This document shows positions 24,824 to 34,736 of a DNA stretch of 64,000 nt, piece by piece. Each line of letters begins with the position of its first letter. Positions within the stretch are counted from its first letter, which is position 1. The position numbers and the translations under genes are program-made. Location: contig CAMCCC010000006.1 in NCBI GenBank assembly GCA_945873205.1, forward strand, positions 11,414 to 75,413, in the 5' to 3' direction. Under the pieces are notes generated by a model. That model did not search any database. It saw only the letters and a list, made by a program, of their open reading frames with translations, and was not told where the DNA came from. Source of the DNA: an uncultured bacterium (GTDB lineage Bacteria > Bacillota > Clostridia > Oscillospirales > Oscillospiraceae).

Positions 24824-25510
24824 ATGAAAATACTGGTTGTTGACGACGAAAAGCTGCTGGTAAAGGGGATCAAATTCAATCTGGAGAACGAGGGCTACAC
24901 CGTGGACGCCTGCTATGACGGGGAGACGGCAGTGGAGATGGCCCGGGCCGGAGGCTATGACCTGATCATTCTGGACCTGATGATGCCCCGAAAGGACGGG
25001 CTGGAGGCCTGCCAGGAGATCCGCAGCTTTTCTACCGTGCCCATCATTATGCTGACCGCCCGCAGCGAGGACGCGGACATGCTGATGGGTTTTGAGTCCG
25101 GCGCCGACGACTATGTGACCAAGCCCTTCAACATTCTGGCCCTGAAGGCCCGGGTCCGGGCCTTGCTGCGCCGGGCCTCCATCGCCGCAGCGCCGGAACA
25201 GAGCAGCGCCGGCACTCTGAAGGCAGGGCACATCACCGTGGACGAGCAGCGCCGCAGCGCCATGAAAAACGGCGTGGAGGTGGAGCTGACCATGAAGGAG
25301 TTCGACCTGATCCTGTTTTTGATGAAGAACCCGGGCAAGGTGTTCAGCCGGGAGAGTCTTTTGAATCTGGTCTGGGGCTATGACTACCAGGGGGACACCC
25401 GCACCGTGGACGTGCATATCCGCCGCCTGCGGGAAAAGCTGGAGCTGACCCCGGCCCAGCCCCAGTATATCATTACCAAGTGGGGCGTGGGCTACTACTT
25501 CGCGGGGTGA
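24824..25510 (+). CDS. OmpR-family response regulator
   Basis: This is the last 228 codons of the chimeric ORF 23285..25510. MKILVVDDEKLLVKGI...DLIILDLMMPRKDG...TARSEDADMLMGFESGADDYVTKPF...VGYYF. The start is chosen at the canonical MKILVVDD; an in-frame upstream ATG (MQPKV..) cannot be excluded. Confidence 0.85.
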   Translation: MKILVVDDEKLLVKGIKFNLENEGYTVDACYDGETAVEMARAGGYDLIILDLMMPRKDGLEACQEIRSFSTVPIIMLTARSEDADMLMGFESGADDYVTKPFNILALKARVRALLRRASIAAAPEQSSAGTLKAGHITVDEQRRSAMKNGVEVELTMKEFDLILFLMKNPGKVFSRESLLNLVWGYDYQGDTRTVDVHIRRLREKLELTPAQPQYIITKWGVGYYFAG

Positions 25511-25514
25511 AGGG

Positions 25515-26912
25515 ATGAAGAGTTTACGCTTCCAGGTGTTCTCCTTTCTGGCGGTGGTGATGGTGCTGCTGCTGGTGCTGCTGAACGTGTTCCCCGTTGT
25601 TTCCTCCCGGGACACGGTGTTTCAGGAGAAGGAGAACTCCATATCGGGAAAGGCCTCCATCCTTTCCACCTCCCTGGCCAAGCTGGACAAGCCGGACCGG
25701 GACAGCGTGGCAGAAGTGCTGCGGCTGCTGGACATCACCGGCTTTGACCGGACGGTGGTTGTGGATCAGGACGGCCGGCCGGTATACAACAGCGCCGGCA
25801 TCCAGGCCCGCTCCAGCGAGGAGGCGGACATTGTCACTGCCCTGGGCGGCAAGACGGTGTTCCGCTCCGACTACAACGGGGAGGCCTTCCTCAGCAGCTG
25901 CGCCATCCCCATCAGCCGCCAGGGAGCCATCACCGGGGCGGTGTACCTGCTGGAGCGGGATGTGGAGCGGGCTGACATTATTCTGGATACCCAGAGCCAG
26001 ATCCGGGTGATCTCGGTGGTGGTGATTCTGATCGTGGTGGCGCTGGCCCTGGTGTTCTCCTCCACCATCATCCGGCGTATCCAGGAACTGGCGATTTCCA
26101 TGCGCATCGTGGCCGCCGGGGATTACAGCCACCGGCTGCACACCACCGGCCGGGACGAGCTCAGCGATCTGGGCAGGGAGTTCAACCTGCTGACGGAGCG
26201 GCTGGACGACACCGAACGGCAGCGCCGCCGCTTTGTTTCCGATGCTTCCCATGAGTTAAAAACACCTTTGGCCTCCATCCGGCTGCTGTCGGACAGCATT
26301 GTGCAGAATGAGAACATGGACACGGAAACCGTCCGGGAATTTGTCACAGACATCGGCAACGAGGCGGAGCGGCTCCAGCGCACAACGGAAAAGCTGCTGG
26401 ACCTGAGCCGCCTGGACGACGACATCCAGGTGATGCCGGAGCCGGTGGACATGAAGCAGGTGGCGGTGGATGCCATGGTGCTGCTGCGGCCCCTGGCCGA
26501 TGAACGGCAGGTGCGCGTCCGCTGTGATCTGGCCGACGGCTGCGTGGTGATGGCCACGGTGGACGATATGTTCCACATCATTTTCAACCTGATAGAGAAC
26601 GCCATCAAGTACAATGTCACCGGCGGCAGTGTGTTCCTCATTCTGGAGGGCGACGAGGACGAGATCAAATTCACCGTGGAGGACACGGGCATCGGCATCC
26701 CGGAGGAGGATCGGTACAACATCTTCACCCGCTTTTACCGGGTGGACAAGGCCCGCTCCCGGGAGGCCGGGGGCAGCGGTCTGGGGCTGAGCATCGTCCA
26801 CGACGCGGTGAAGGCCCACGGCGGCAGCATCATGGTGGGAGAAAACAAGCCACAGGGCTCCCGGTTCACGGTGAGTTTCCCCAGGCCCACAGCGGAAGAG
26901 ACAGGAATATGA
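25515..26912 (+). CDS. sensor histidine kinase (2 TM, extracytoplasmic loop, HAMP, HisKA, HATPase)
   Basis: ORF track, 465 aa. H-box SDASHELKTPLASI, N-box IENAIKYN, G-boxes DTGIGI and GSGLGLSIVHDAVKAHGG. Confidence 0.88.
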   Translation: MKSLRFQVFSFLAVVMVLLLVLLNVFPVVSSRDTVFQEKENSISGKASILSTSLAKLDKPDRDSVAEVLRLLDITGFDRTVVVDQDGRPVYNSAGIQARSSEEADIVTALGGKTVFRSDYNGEAFLSSCAIPISRQGAITGAVYLLERDVERADIILDTQSQIRVISVVVILIVVALALVFSSTIIRRIQELAISMRIVAAGDYSHRLHTTGRDELSDLGREFNLLTERLDDTERQRRRFVSDASHELKTPLASIRLLSDSIVQNENMDTETVREFVTDIGNEAERLQRTTEKLLDLSRLDDDIQVMPEPVDMKQVAVDAMVLLRPLADERQVRVRCDLADGCVVMATVDDMFHIIFNLIENAIKYNVTGGSVFLILEGDEDEIKFTVEDTGIGIPEEDRYNIFTRFYRVDKARSREAGGSGLGLSIVHDAVKAHGGSIMVGENKPQGSRFTVSFPRPTAEETGI

Positions 26913-27979
26913 ATAACATTGAGAGAATACAGGAAATACTGAAAGAGCAGGGCCTGGACGGGCTGCTGCTCACAGACGAGAAGAATCAGCGCTATGCCGC
27001 CGGCTTCGCCTTTACGGACGGGGCGGTGCTGGTGGGCCGGGAGAAGGCCTGGCTGATCACGGATTCCCGTTACATTGAAGCGGCAGAAAAGGCCGCAGCC
27101 CCCGGCGTGACCGTGTGGCTTTACGGCCGGGAGCGGCCCCTGATGGAACGGCTGAAGGAAGCCGTCCGGGAGGCGGGCATGGAACGTCTTGCCGCCGAGG
27201 ACGGCAAGCTGAGCCACCGGGAATACCTGGCTTATGAGCAGGCCCTGGGCATGGCGCTCCTCCCGGCGGGAGAGCTGATGGCGAAGCTTCGTGCCGCCAA
27301 GACGGAGGAAGAGATCGGCGCCATGCGCGCTGCCCAGGCCATTGCGGAGCGGGCGCTGGAAGAAGTGCTGCCCCTGATTCAGCCCGGCATGACGGAAAAG
27401 CAGGTGATGGCGGAGCTGGTATACCGCACGCTGCGCCACGGCTCCGAGGGCAATTCCTTTGATCCCATCGTGGTTTCCGGCCCCAACACCAGCCTGCCCC
27501 ACGGCGTGCCCGGGGACCGGGTGATCCGGCGGGGCGACTTTGTGACCATGGACTTCGGCTGTTTAAAAGACGGCTACTGCTCCGACATGACCCGCACGGT
27601 GGCAGTGGGGGAAGCCTCCGATGAAATGCGAAACGTCTACGATATTGTGCTGAAGGCCCAGCTGGCGGGCATCGCCGTGGCCCGGGCCGGTATCCCGGGG
27701 AAAGAGATCGACGCCGCAGCCCGGAAGGTCATCACGGAGGCAGGCTACGGCCCTTATTTTGGTCACGGCTTCGGCCACAGTCTGGGGCTGGACATCCATG
27801 AGGCACCCAGCGCCAACCTCCGGGGGGAGGAGCCTATGCCGGTGGGGGCCGTGTGCTCCGCCGAGCCGGGGATCTACCTGCCGGGACGCTTCGGCGTGCG
27901 CATTGAAGATGTGATGATTTTGCGGGAAGGCGGCTGCGAAGTGATCACCAAAGCCCCCAAGGAACTGATCATTCTGTAA
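26909..27979 (+). CDS. Xaa-Pro aminopeptidase / M24B metallopeptidase
   Basis: ORF track, 356 aa. ATGA overlap with the kinase stop. Creatinase-like N-domain plus the M24 metal ligands DFGC..DMTRT...HGFGHSLGLDIHE...EPGIY...RIED. The pepP-efp synteny matches that in Bacillus. Confidence 0.85.
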   Translation: MNNIERIQEILKEQGLDGLLLTDEKNQRYAAGFAFTDGAVLVGREKAWLITDSRYIEAAEKAAAPGVTVWLYGRERPLMERLKEAVREAGMERLAAEDGKLSHREYLAYEQALGMALLPAGELMAKLRAAKTEEEIGAMRAAQAIAERALEEVLPLIQPGMTEKQVMAELVYRTLRHGSEGNSFDPIVVSGPNTSLPHGVPGDRVIRRGDFVTMDFGCLKDGYCSDMTRTVAVGEASDEMRNVYDIVLKAQLAGIAVARAGIPGKEIDAAARKVITEAGYGPYFGHGFGHSLGLDIHEAPSANLRGEEPMPVGAVCSAEPGIYLPGRFGVRIEDVMILREGGCEVITKAPKELIIL

Positions 27980-28006
27980 AAATGCCGGCTTCGACAGAAT
28001 TAGTAC

Positions 28007-28035
28007 TTGCAAAACAGAGACTTATACGGTAAAAT
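28007..28035 (+). promoter_or_regulatory. sigma-A type promoter of efp
   Basis: TTGCAA (28007-28012), 17 nt, TAAAAT (28030-28035). Confidence 0.5.
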
Positions 28036-28073
28036 GTCTGAGATAAATATATAAATTTTGGGAGGTCCCTTTT

Positions 28074-28631
28074 ATGATTACAGCAGGCGATTTCAGAAAT
28101 GGCGTCACCTTCGAGATGGACGGTCAGGTCATGCAGGTGGTTGAGTTCCAGCATGTGAAGCCCGGTAAGGGCGCTGCCTTCGTCCGCACCAAGATGAAGA
28201 ACGTCATCACCGGCGCTGTCACCGAAACTTCTTTCAACCCCACCGCGAAGTTCGAGAACGCCACCGTTGACCGCATGACCATGGAGTACAGCTATGCCGA
28301 CGGCAACCTGTACTACTTCATGAACCCCGAGACCTACGAGCTGGAGCCTGTTGACGAGTCCGTCCTGGGCGACAACTTCAAGTTCGTCAAGGAGAACATG
28401 GAGTGCACCATCTACTCCTACAAGGGCAAGGTCTTTAATGTGGAGCCTCCCTTCTTCGTGGAGCTGGAGGTCACCGAGACCGACCCGGGCTTTGCCGGCA
28501 ACACCGCCACCAACGCCACCAAGCCCGCCACCCTGGAGACCGGCGCCGAGATCAAGGTTCCCCTGTTCATCGAGCCCGGCGAGAAGGTCAAGATCGACAC
28601 CCGCACCGGCGAGTATCTTTCCAGAGCATAA
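28074..28631 (+). CDS. efp: translation elongation factor P
   Basis: ORF track, 185 aa. [44 protein letters not shown] is the canonical EF-P N-terminus (KPGKG loop). Confidence 0.95.
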   Translation: MITAGDFRNGVTFEMDGQVMQVVEFQHVKPGKGAAFVRTKMKNVITGAVTETSFNPTAKFENATVDRMTMEYSYADGNLYYFMNPETYELEPVDESVLGDNFKFVKENMECTIYSYKGKVFNVEPPFFVELEVTETDPGFAGNTATNATKPATLETGAEIKVPLFIEPGEKVKIDTRTGEYLSRA

Positions 28632-28693
28632 GCAAATAATAGAGGGGAGACAAATTGTCTCCCCTGTTTTCAACAAAAAAGGAGGTTTTCTAA

Positions 28694-29167
28694 ATGACTG
28701 TAGTTGAAAAGGCCGCGTATCTCAAAGGACTGATGGAGGGTCTGGGCATTGCGCCGGATTCCAAGGAGGGCAAGCTGTGGGGCGCCCTGGGCGACCTGCT
28801 TTCTGACATGGCTCATGAAATCGAAGACCTTCAGGCCACCGACATGGACCACGCCGAAGCCCTGGACGACATGGCCGAGGAGCTGAGCTATCTGGAGGAT
28901 CTGGTCTGCGATCTGGACGATCCGGAGGATTTTGACGACTATGACGACGAGGACTGCGACGGAAACTGCTGCAGCTGCGGCGGCTGCGGAGACGAGGACG
29001 AGGACGAGGATCAGGAGCTGGAGTATGACGGCGTGATCTACGACGTGACCTGCCCTGTCTGCGGCGAAGAGATCAGCTTCGACGAGGAGACCCTGGAAAA
29101 GGGCTCTATCCAGTGCCCTGCCTGCGGCGAGACTCTGGAATTTGACCTCAGCGAGGACAAGGACTGA
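28694..29167 (+). CDS. acidic Cys-rich protein with C-terminal zinc-ribbon (CD1247-N-domain-like, conserved downstream of efp in Clostridia by recollection)
   Basis: ORF track, 157 aa. EKAAYLKGLMEGL N-domain, an extremely acidic middle with CDGNCCSCGGCG, and CPVCG..(17)..CPACG. Confidence 0.6.
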   Translation: MTVVEKAAYLKGLMEGLGIAPDSKEGKLWGALGDLLSDMAHEIEDLQATDMDHAEALDDMAEELSYLEDLVCDLDDPEDFDDYDDEDCDGNCCSCGGCGDEDEDEDQELEYDGVIYDVTCPVCGEEISFDEETLEKGSIQCPACGETLEFDLSEDKD

Positions 29168-29175
29168 TAATACCG

Positions 29176-29218
29176 AAAAAGAAACTGCCCGCACCATATG
29201 GTGCGGGCAACTTTTTTA
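29176..29218. terminator. bidirectional intrinsic terminator
   Basis: tgcccgcacc-atat-ggtgcgggca (29186-29209) with an A-rich 5' flank and a TTTTTT 3' flank. Confidence 0.75.
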
Positions 29219-29242
29219 TGTGCAGAATGGTTCTGTGCCGGT

Positions 29243-31195
29243 TCATGTCCATTCGCCTATGTATTCTTTCGCAAGGGCGATGGCCCGGGCCGTGTTGCTG
29301 TTTTTGCCGTTTCTGAATTCTTTGCGCATATGCTTTTCCAGATATTGGGCCAGTTTCACAGACCAGGAGGATTCATTGCGGATGGCAACGGTATCGCTGA
29401 TGCGGCCGCTTTCGTCCATCAGGGTCAGCAGGCAGCTTTTCCCCGGAGGGCAGTTCATCATCAGCCGGTCCTCCTCCACAGTGGCATGGCAGCCTTCGCC
29501 GATGCAGATAATCCGGTAATCGGACAGCTGGTCGCTGCAGCCAAAGGTGTAAAGACCCAGTTCTTCCCGGCCGCTGGGGTCGATGTAATAGTCATAGATG
29601 AAGTCGCCGGCGGCGTTGGTCAGCTTGATGAATTGGAAGGGCGGCTCATAGGCGGTGGCAAACAGCTCTATCTCTGTTAATCCGGCACCCCGGCCTTCCG
29701 TCTCCATGAGGCAGATCTCCAGCTCCTCCACTTCCGCCCGGTCAAAGAGGATCTCCGTGCCGGAGCCGTTGGGCTCCAGGGGGCCGGTCATGTAGAACGC
29801 GCCATTATCCAGGCGGACAGAGGCTTCCAGTACATTGTCCCGGAGGGAAGGATTGTCATAAAGCACCACCCGGCTCAGTAGCGTGGGTTGGGTGAACCTG
29901 ATGATGACCCGCTTTTCCTGATCCTCCGGCTCGGGGACCCAGGTATTGTCGGAATAGCCGGCGTCCTCATGCCACTGGCGCCGGTCCGTCAGAACGAAGT
30001 CGTTCAGGGTGGAGCCGTCCCCGGAGCTGACCCAGAATTCCGCTTCATAGCTCAGCGAGCCGCTCTCCCGCTGCCAGAAGACCTTGTCGCCGTTGATGAT
30101 ACCGTCGGCCCTTTCCGCAGCGTCCTGAGACCGATACTGGCGCAGAACCTCATAGCCGCCGCTGCTCAGCAGGGAGCGGGACAGGGTATCGGCCCGGACC
30201 GGCAGGCGCAGCCGTTCCGACCAGTTGTAGACATGGCTGCCGCAGGCGGTGATATAATTCTCCGGGTTCTGCTTTCGGGTGGAGGCAATGTTCAGGGCAT
30301 AATAATCCGATTCTGCCCAGTAGGCGGTGTTGTAGGCGAAGGCGCGATAAATCTCCGGCGCATAATCGCTGCGGGCCTTCAGCACTTCGCCCATAGCCTT
30401 TTCAAAGAACATGGACACCGCCTGATGGTCGTCATGGGAATCCATGTCGGTGCAGAAGATCACATCCGGCGTATAGCGCAGCAGCAGGGTGCGAATGTCC
30501 TCATACATATGGCGGCGGGTGTAGGAATTGGGGTTAAAGGGCGGGTGCCGGTCCGTTCCGTAGGTGCTGTTAAAGCCGGCATTTGAAGTGATCACCTCGT
30601 CATCGGGGCAGAAGTAGATGCTGCGGCTGTTTATATTCAGCCAATCGCCATAGCCCAGGAAAATCAGCCGGTCGGCCGGGATGCCGCACTGGGCCATGGC
30701 GGCCTCGGCTTCGGCTATGCGCTGGACCCCGGGAACCCGGTAGTCGCCGTTTATCACATAGGCCACATACACATCACTGCCGTACTTCACATACTGCTCC
30801 AGCACACCCAGAAGAATGTTGGTCTCGTCATCCTGGTGGGGAACCAGGGCCAGCACCTTCCGATCGGCAAAGACCTGGGCCTTGCTCTCGTCCACATCCT
30901 GATACACACCGCCGCGGTAGACGCTGTACCAGATCAGCATCAGGCCCAGCCCCAGAGCCAGCACAAGAAAGGTGCAGCCCCAGAAAAGCCAGGGCATCAG
31001 CCTTGGGTGGAACAGGCTGAGCACCAGACCGCCGAGAAAACAGAGCCCAAATATCAGCAGCAGGGCCTTGGCCGGGAAGTGCCCGTCAGCCCGGGTAGTC
31101 ACCATGTCCAGAACAAAAGCCAGCTCTGCCGCCAGCAACAGCGCGAAGATCAGTCCGCCCAGGCGCAGCCTGGTTTTCTTTATCCCGGTCTCCAT
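29243..31195 (-). CDS. PIG-L/LmbE-family deacetylase with N-terminal multi-TM region and C-terminal discoidin/CBM-like domain
   Basis: ORF track, 650 aa. About 4 TM segments, LALVPHQDDETNILLG (PIG-L motif, cf. AHPDDE), ...HDDH, and a C-terminal ...LYDNPSLRDNV...GAGLTEIELFA pattern typical of galactose-binding-like modules. Confidence 0.65.
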   Translation of the reverse strand: METGIKKTRLRLGGLIFALLLAAELAFVLDMVTTRADGHFPAKALLLIFGLCFLGGLVLSLFHPRLMPWLFWGCTFLVLALGLGLMLIWYSVYRGGVYQDVDESKAQVFADRKVLALVPHQDDETNILLGVLEQYVKYGSDVYVAYVINGDYRVPGVQRIAEAEAAMAQCGIPADRLIFLGYGDWLNINSRSIYFCPDDEVITSNAGFNSTYGTDRHPPFNPNSYTRRHMYEDIRTLLLRYTPDVIFCTDMDSHDDHQAVSMFFEKAMGEVLKARSDYAPEIYRAFAYNTAYWAESDYYALNIASTRKQNPENYITACGSHVYNWSERLRLPVRADTLSRSLLSSGGYEVLRQYRSQDAAERADGIINGDKVFWQRESGSLSYEAEFWVSSGDGSTLNDFVLTDRRQWHEDAGYSDNTWVPEPEDQEKRVIIRFTQPTLLSRVVLYDNPSLRDNVLEASVRLDNGAFYMTGPLEPNGSGTEILFDRAEVEELEICLMETEGRGAGLTEIELFATAYEPPFQFIKLTNAAGDFIYDYYIDPSGREELGLYTFGCSDQLSDYRIICIGEGCHATVEEDRLMMNCPPGKSCLLTLMDESGRISDTVAIRNESSWSVKLAQYLEKHMRKEFRNGKNSNTARAIALAKEYIGEWT

Positions 31196-31267
31196 TCTCT
31201 CAAACCCCTTGATCGCTTGTTATCCGCTGTTTAAAAAGCGCAAGAATTTCCTGTGCTTTCGAATATG

Positions 31268-31299
31268 CCATGACGGCTGAGAGCGCTCAGCCGTCATGG
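31268..31299 (-). other. 14-bp perfect hairpin after pfkB, without a U-tract
   Basis: ccatgacggctgag-agcg-ctcagccgtcatgg. No T-run on either side, so it may be a weak terminator, an RNA stabiliser or a protein site. Confidence 0.4.
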
Positions 31300-31305
31300 G
31301 ATGGT

Positions 31306-32211
31306 TTAATCCAGTATGTTCGCCAGCTCCGGTGCGTTGGCGCTTTCGCTGCGGCAGGTGACAGCCCCGGCCTTCTGGGCCAGCAGGGCTGTGTCCCTGA
31401 GGCTCATACCCCGGATACCGGCCAGGACAATGGCGGCAGTGGCCGCGTCGCCCGCGCCGGTGGAGTTGACCACACGGGTGGCAAGGCCGGGCAGGCGCAG
31501 CAACTCCTTTTTGTCGGCAGCAATCATGCCCTGGGCCCCAAGGCTGATGAACACCCGCTGCACCCCCCTGTCCACCAGGGCCAGGGCGGCCCGCTCCGGG
31601 TCACGCTGGCCGGTGAGGCACTCTGCCTCCAGAGCGTTGGGCTTGATGGCCGCCAGGCGGTGCAGCACCGGCTGCAGCTTCATGGCCTTCACGGTGGAAA
31701 CCGGGTCGGCATACACCGGGATGGGACAGTGATCGCAGATATACGCAATGGTCTCCGGCGGCAGGTTGGCGTCCACCACCACGGCAGCGGCCTGCAGCCG
31801 GGGCAGGATGGGAGCCACCAGTTCCGGCGTCAGGGCGGAGCAGAGCTCCATATCGCTGACAGCCAGCTCCATATCCCCGGTCTCATCCGTAATATAGAGA
31901 TAGGTGGAGCTGCGCATATCCTTGAACACCGGGGCCATGCTCAGATCGATCCCCAGGGCCTGACAGCTGTCCACAACGGCGGAGGCGTAAACATCCCCGC
32001 CGATGGGGGCCACCAGACTGACCTCCAGCCCCAAAAGCCGCAGGTCATGGGCGATGTTGCGCCCTACGCCGCCGGGGCGCATGGTCACGGAACCGGGGTT
32101 GGAGTCCTTTTGCACCAGCGGCGCAGCGGGACGGCCCCAGATGTCCATGTTAATGCCGCCAAAAACCACGGCGGTATTCACCGGCTGCGGATTGTTTATT
32201 TGATGTGCCAT
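31306..32211 (-). CDS. PfkB-family carbohydrate/nucleoside kinase (pseudouridine-kinase-like)
   Basis: ORF track, 301 aa. GGINMDI...PGGVGRNIAHDL and the C-terminal NSTGAGDA motif. It overlaps the glgP stop by 16 nt. Confidence 0.75.
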   Translation of the reverse strand: MAHQINNPQPVNTAVVFGGINMDIWGRPAAPLVQKDSNPGSVTMRPGGVGRNIAHDLRLLGLEVSLVAPIGGDVYASAVVDSCQALGIDLSMAPVFKDMRSSTYLYITDETGDMELAVSDMELCSALTPELVAPILPRLQAAAVVVDANLPPETIAYICDHCPIPVYADPVSTVKAMKLQPVLHRLAAIKPNALEAECLTGQRDPERAALALVDRGVQRVFISLGAQGMIAADKKELLRLPGLATRVVNSTGAGDAATAAIVLAGIRGMSLRDTALLAQKAGAVTCRSESANAPELANILD

Positions 32212-34598
32212 ATATCCTTCGCGTACTCGGCGATGGCCCGGTCAGCCGCGAAGATGCCGCTCTGGGCGGTATTCATCAGGGAAATGCGGCCCCGCTCGCT
32301 GTCGTCCCTGATGCGGTCATACAGTTTGCGCTGGCAGTCCACATAGGAGCGGTAGTCGGCGATGAGCATATACTGGTCGCCGCCGTAGAGCAGGTTGGAA
32401 ACCAGGTCGGAATAGCTCTTGCCGTCGGAGAAGCCCTGGCTGAAGCGGCCCAGAACCCGCATGATCTCAGGGTCGGCCTGTGCCATGCCGTTGGGGTCAT
32501 AGCCGCCCTGGCGCCAGCGGGCAATATCATCGGTGTGCAGGCCGAAGAGGAACATATTCTCGTCGCCCAGGCGCTCATACATCTCCACATTGGCGCCGTC
32601 CAGGGTGCCGATGGTGACAGCACCGTTCATCATCAGCTTCATGCAGCCGGTGCCGGAGGCCTCTTTGCCGGCGGTGGAGATCTGCTCAGACACCTGCGCG
32701 GCAGGCATGATGGCCTCGGCGGCGCTGACCCGGTAATTCTCCACAAAGTAGACCTGCAGCTTGCCCTTGCAGACGGGGTCGTTATTGATGTCATTGGCCA
32801 TGCTCAGCAACAGCTCAATGATGCGCTTGGCGGTCTTGTACCCGGCGGCGGACTTGGCGCCAAAGACAAAGGTGCGGGGTACAAAGTCCATATTGGGGTT
32901 ATCGTGCAGCTGCATCTGGAGGCTGGCGATGCTCATGGCGCAGAGCAGCTGACGCTTATACTCATGCAGGCGCTTGACCTGGACGTCGATAATGGCGTCG
33001 GTGTTCAGCTTGAAGCCGTCGTTGCGCTTGGCAAACTGGGCAAAGCGCTGCTTGTTTTCCTGTTTTACCTGGTTGACCCGGGCCCGAACCTGGCTGTCAG
33101 AAGCGAAGTCTGCCAGCCTAATGAGCTCTTCCGGCTTGGTCAGATAGTCGTCGCTGCCCAGCAGGTCCACGATGAGGCCGTGGAGGCCGGGGTTGATCTG
33201 GCCCAGCCAGCGGCGGTGGTCAATGCCGTTGGTGACGTGGGTAAAGCGCTCGGGGCGCAGGGTGTAAAGGTCGTTGAACAGGTCGTTCTTCAGGATCTCG
33301 CCGTGGAGGCGGGAGACGCCGTTGACCTTATAGCAGGCGGCAAGGCACATATTGGCCATGTGCACCTGGCCGTTGTAGATGATCATGTTGCGGCCCACCT
33401 TCTCGCTGCTGCCGAAGCAGCTGACCAGATAGTCGCACCAGCGGCGGTTGATCTCGCACATGATCTCCCACAGGCGGGGCAGCAGCTGCTGCACCAGGGT
33501 CTGGGGCCATTTCTCCAGGGCCTCGGCCATGACGGTGTGGTTGGTGTAGGCCACGCTGCCCTTGACGATCTCCCAGGCCTCGTCCCAGCCCAGGCCGTGC
33601 TCATCCATGAAGATGCGCATCAGCTCGGGGATGATGAGGGTGGGATGGGTGTCGTTGATCTGGATGGTGTGGTGCTGGGCGAAGCTCCTGATGTCGCCCC
33701 ACTTCTTGATGTGCTTGCGCACGATGTCCTGGGCGGTGGCAGAGATGAAGAAGTACTGCTGCTTCAGGCGCAGGGACTTGCCTTCCATGTGGTCATCGGC
33801 GGGGTAGAGCACCTTGGTGATCACCTCGGCCATGGTGCGCTGCTCCATGCTCTTGACATACTTGCCCTCGGAGAACAGGTACATATCCAGGGAGTTGGCG
33901 CTCTTGGCGTCCCACAGGCGGAGAATGTTGATCTCCTTGCCGCCGTAGCCGGCGATGAGCATATCCCGGGGCACGGCAATGACCGCGTCATAGTCTCTGT
34001 GCTCGGCATGATAGTGACCGAACTTGTCCCAATGGGCCTCGATCTGGCCGCCGAAGCGGACCTCTACCGCGTCCTCATAGTGGGGGATCAGCCAGCTCTC
34101 GGCGGAGCTGCGCCAATCGTCGGCCACCTCGGTCTGCTTGCCGTCCACAAACTTCTGCTTGAACATACCCAGCTCGTAGCAGATGGAATAGCCGGTGCCC
34201 TCCAGGCCCTCGGTGGCGATGGAGTCCATGTAGCAGGCGGCAAGACGGCCAAGGCCGCCGTTGCCCAGGCCGGCGTCCGGCTCTTCCTCGAAAATATCGG
34301 TAGCGCAGCGGCCCATATCCTCCAGGGCGCCGGTGACTGCGTCGGAGATGCCCAGGTTATAGGCATTCTTCATCAGGCTGCGGCCCATCAAAAATTCCAT
34401 GGACATGTAGTGAACTTCTTTTTCCGCGTGTTTGGGGTTTTCAGCCGCCAGGAGCCGGCTCATCAGCTCGCGAATAACGATGGCGGTGGCCTGGAAGATC
34501 TGCCCGTCGGTGGCGACCTCGCTGGTTACTCCAAAATGGGCGCAGAGCTTATCCTCGATGGCGCTGCGCACCTCGTCGCGGGAAATCTGGTTGGTCAT
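32196..34598 (-). CDS. glgP: glycogen/alpha-glucan phosphorylase
   Basis: ORF track 32196..34616, with the start moved to ATG 34598 (GGAGGAAAG RBS). EPDAGLGNGGLGRLAACYMDS and EASGTGCMKLMMNGA (PLP-Lys) blocks. Confidence 0.93.
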   Translation of the reverse strand: MTNQISRDEVRSAIEDKLCAHFGVTSEVATDGQIFQATAIVIRELMSRLLAAENPKHAEKEVHYMSMEFLMGRSLMKNAYNLGISDAVTGALEDMGRCATDIFEEEPDAGLGNGGLGRLAACYMDSIATEGLEGTGYSICYELGMFKQKFVDGKQTEVADDWRSSAESWLIPHYEDAVEVRFGGQIEAHWDKFGHYHAEHRDYDAVIAVPRDMLIAGYGGKEINILRLWDAKSANSLDMYLFSEGKYVKSMEQRTMAEVITKVLYPADDHMEGKSLRLKQQYFFISATAQDIVRKHIKKWGDIRSFAQHHTIQINDTHPTLIIPELMRIFMDEHGLGWDEAWEIVKGSVAYTNHTVMAEALEKWPQTLVQQLLPRLWEIMCEINRRWCDYLVSCFGSSEKVGRNMIIYNGQVHMANMCLAACYKVNGVSRLHGEILKNDLFNDLYTLRPERFTHVTNGIDHRRWLGQINPGLHGLIVDLLGSDDYLTKPEELIRLADFASDSQVRARVNQVKQENKQRFAQFAKRNDGFKLNTDAIIDVQVKRLHEYKRQLLCAMSIASLQMQLHDNPNMDFVPRTFVFGAKSAAGYKTAKRIIELLLSMANDINNDPVCKGKLQVYFVENYRVSAAEAIMPAAQVSEQISTAGKEASGTGCMKLMMNGAVTIGTLDGANVEMYERLGDENMFLFGLHTDDIARWRQGGYDPNGMAQADPEIMRVLGRFSQGFSDGKSYSDLVSNLLYGGDQYMLIADYRSYVDCQRKLYDRIRDDSERGRISLMNTAQSGIFAADRAIAEYAKDIWHIK

Positions 34599-34645
34599 TG
34601 ATTCTCTTTCCTCCATGCTGGCTGGACCGCCGCAGTACGGCGAAC

Positions 34646-34690
34646 CAACCGTGATAAAATATCAAAATTCCGGTGCGGCGTAACAGGTGC
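34646..34690 (-). terminator. intrinsic terminator after glgD
   Basis: Minus strand: CCGGTGCGGCG-9 nt-CGCCGCACCGG followed by AATTTTGATATTTT. Confidence 0.7.
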
Positions 34691-34736
34691 GCCGCACCGG
34701 GAATTATGCAGATTCAGGGCTTTTTTGCCGTCTGCT

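Noticed and set aside
23285-25510. 741-aa ORF spanning the carboxypeptidase antisense strand, the intergenic region and the response regulator.
   Set aside because: It is a chimera. Only the last 228 codons (from MKILVVDDE at 24824) have response-regulator sequence. The rest is antisense shadow and AT-rich intergenic read-through.
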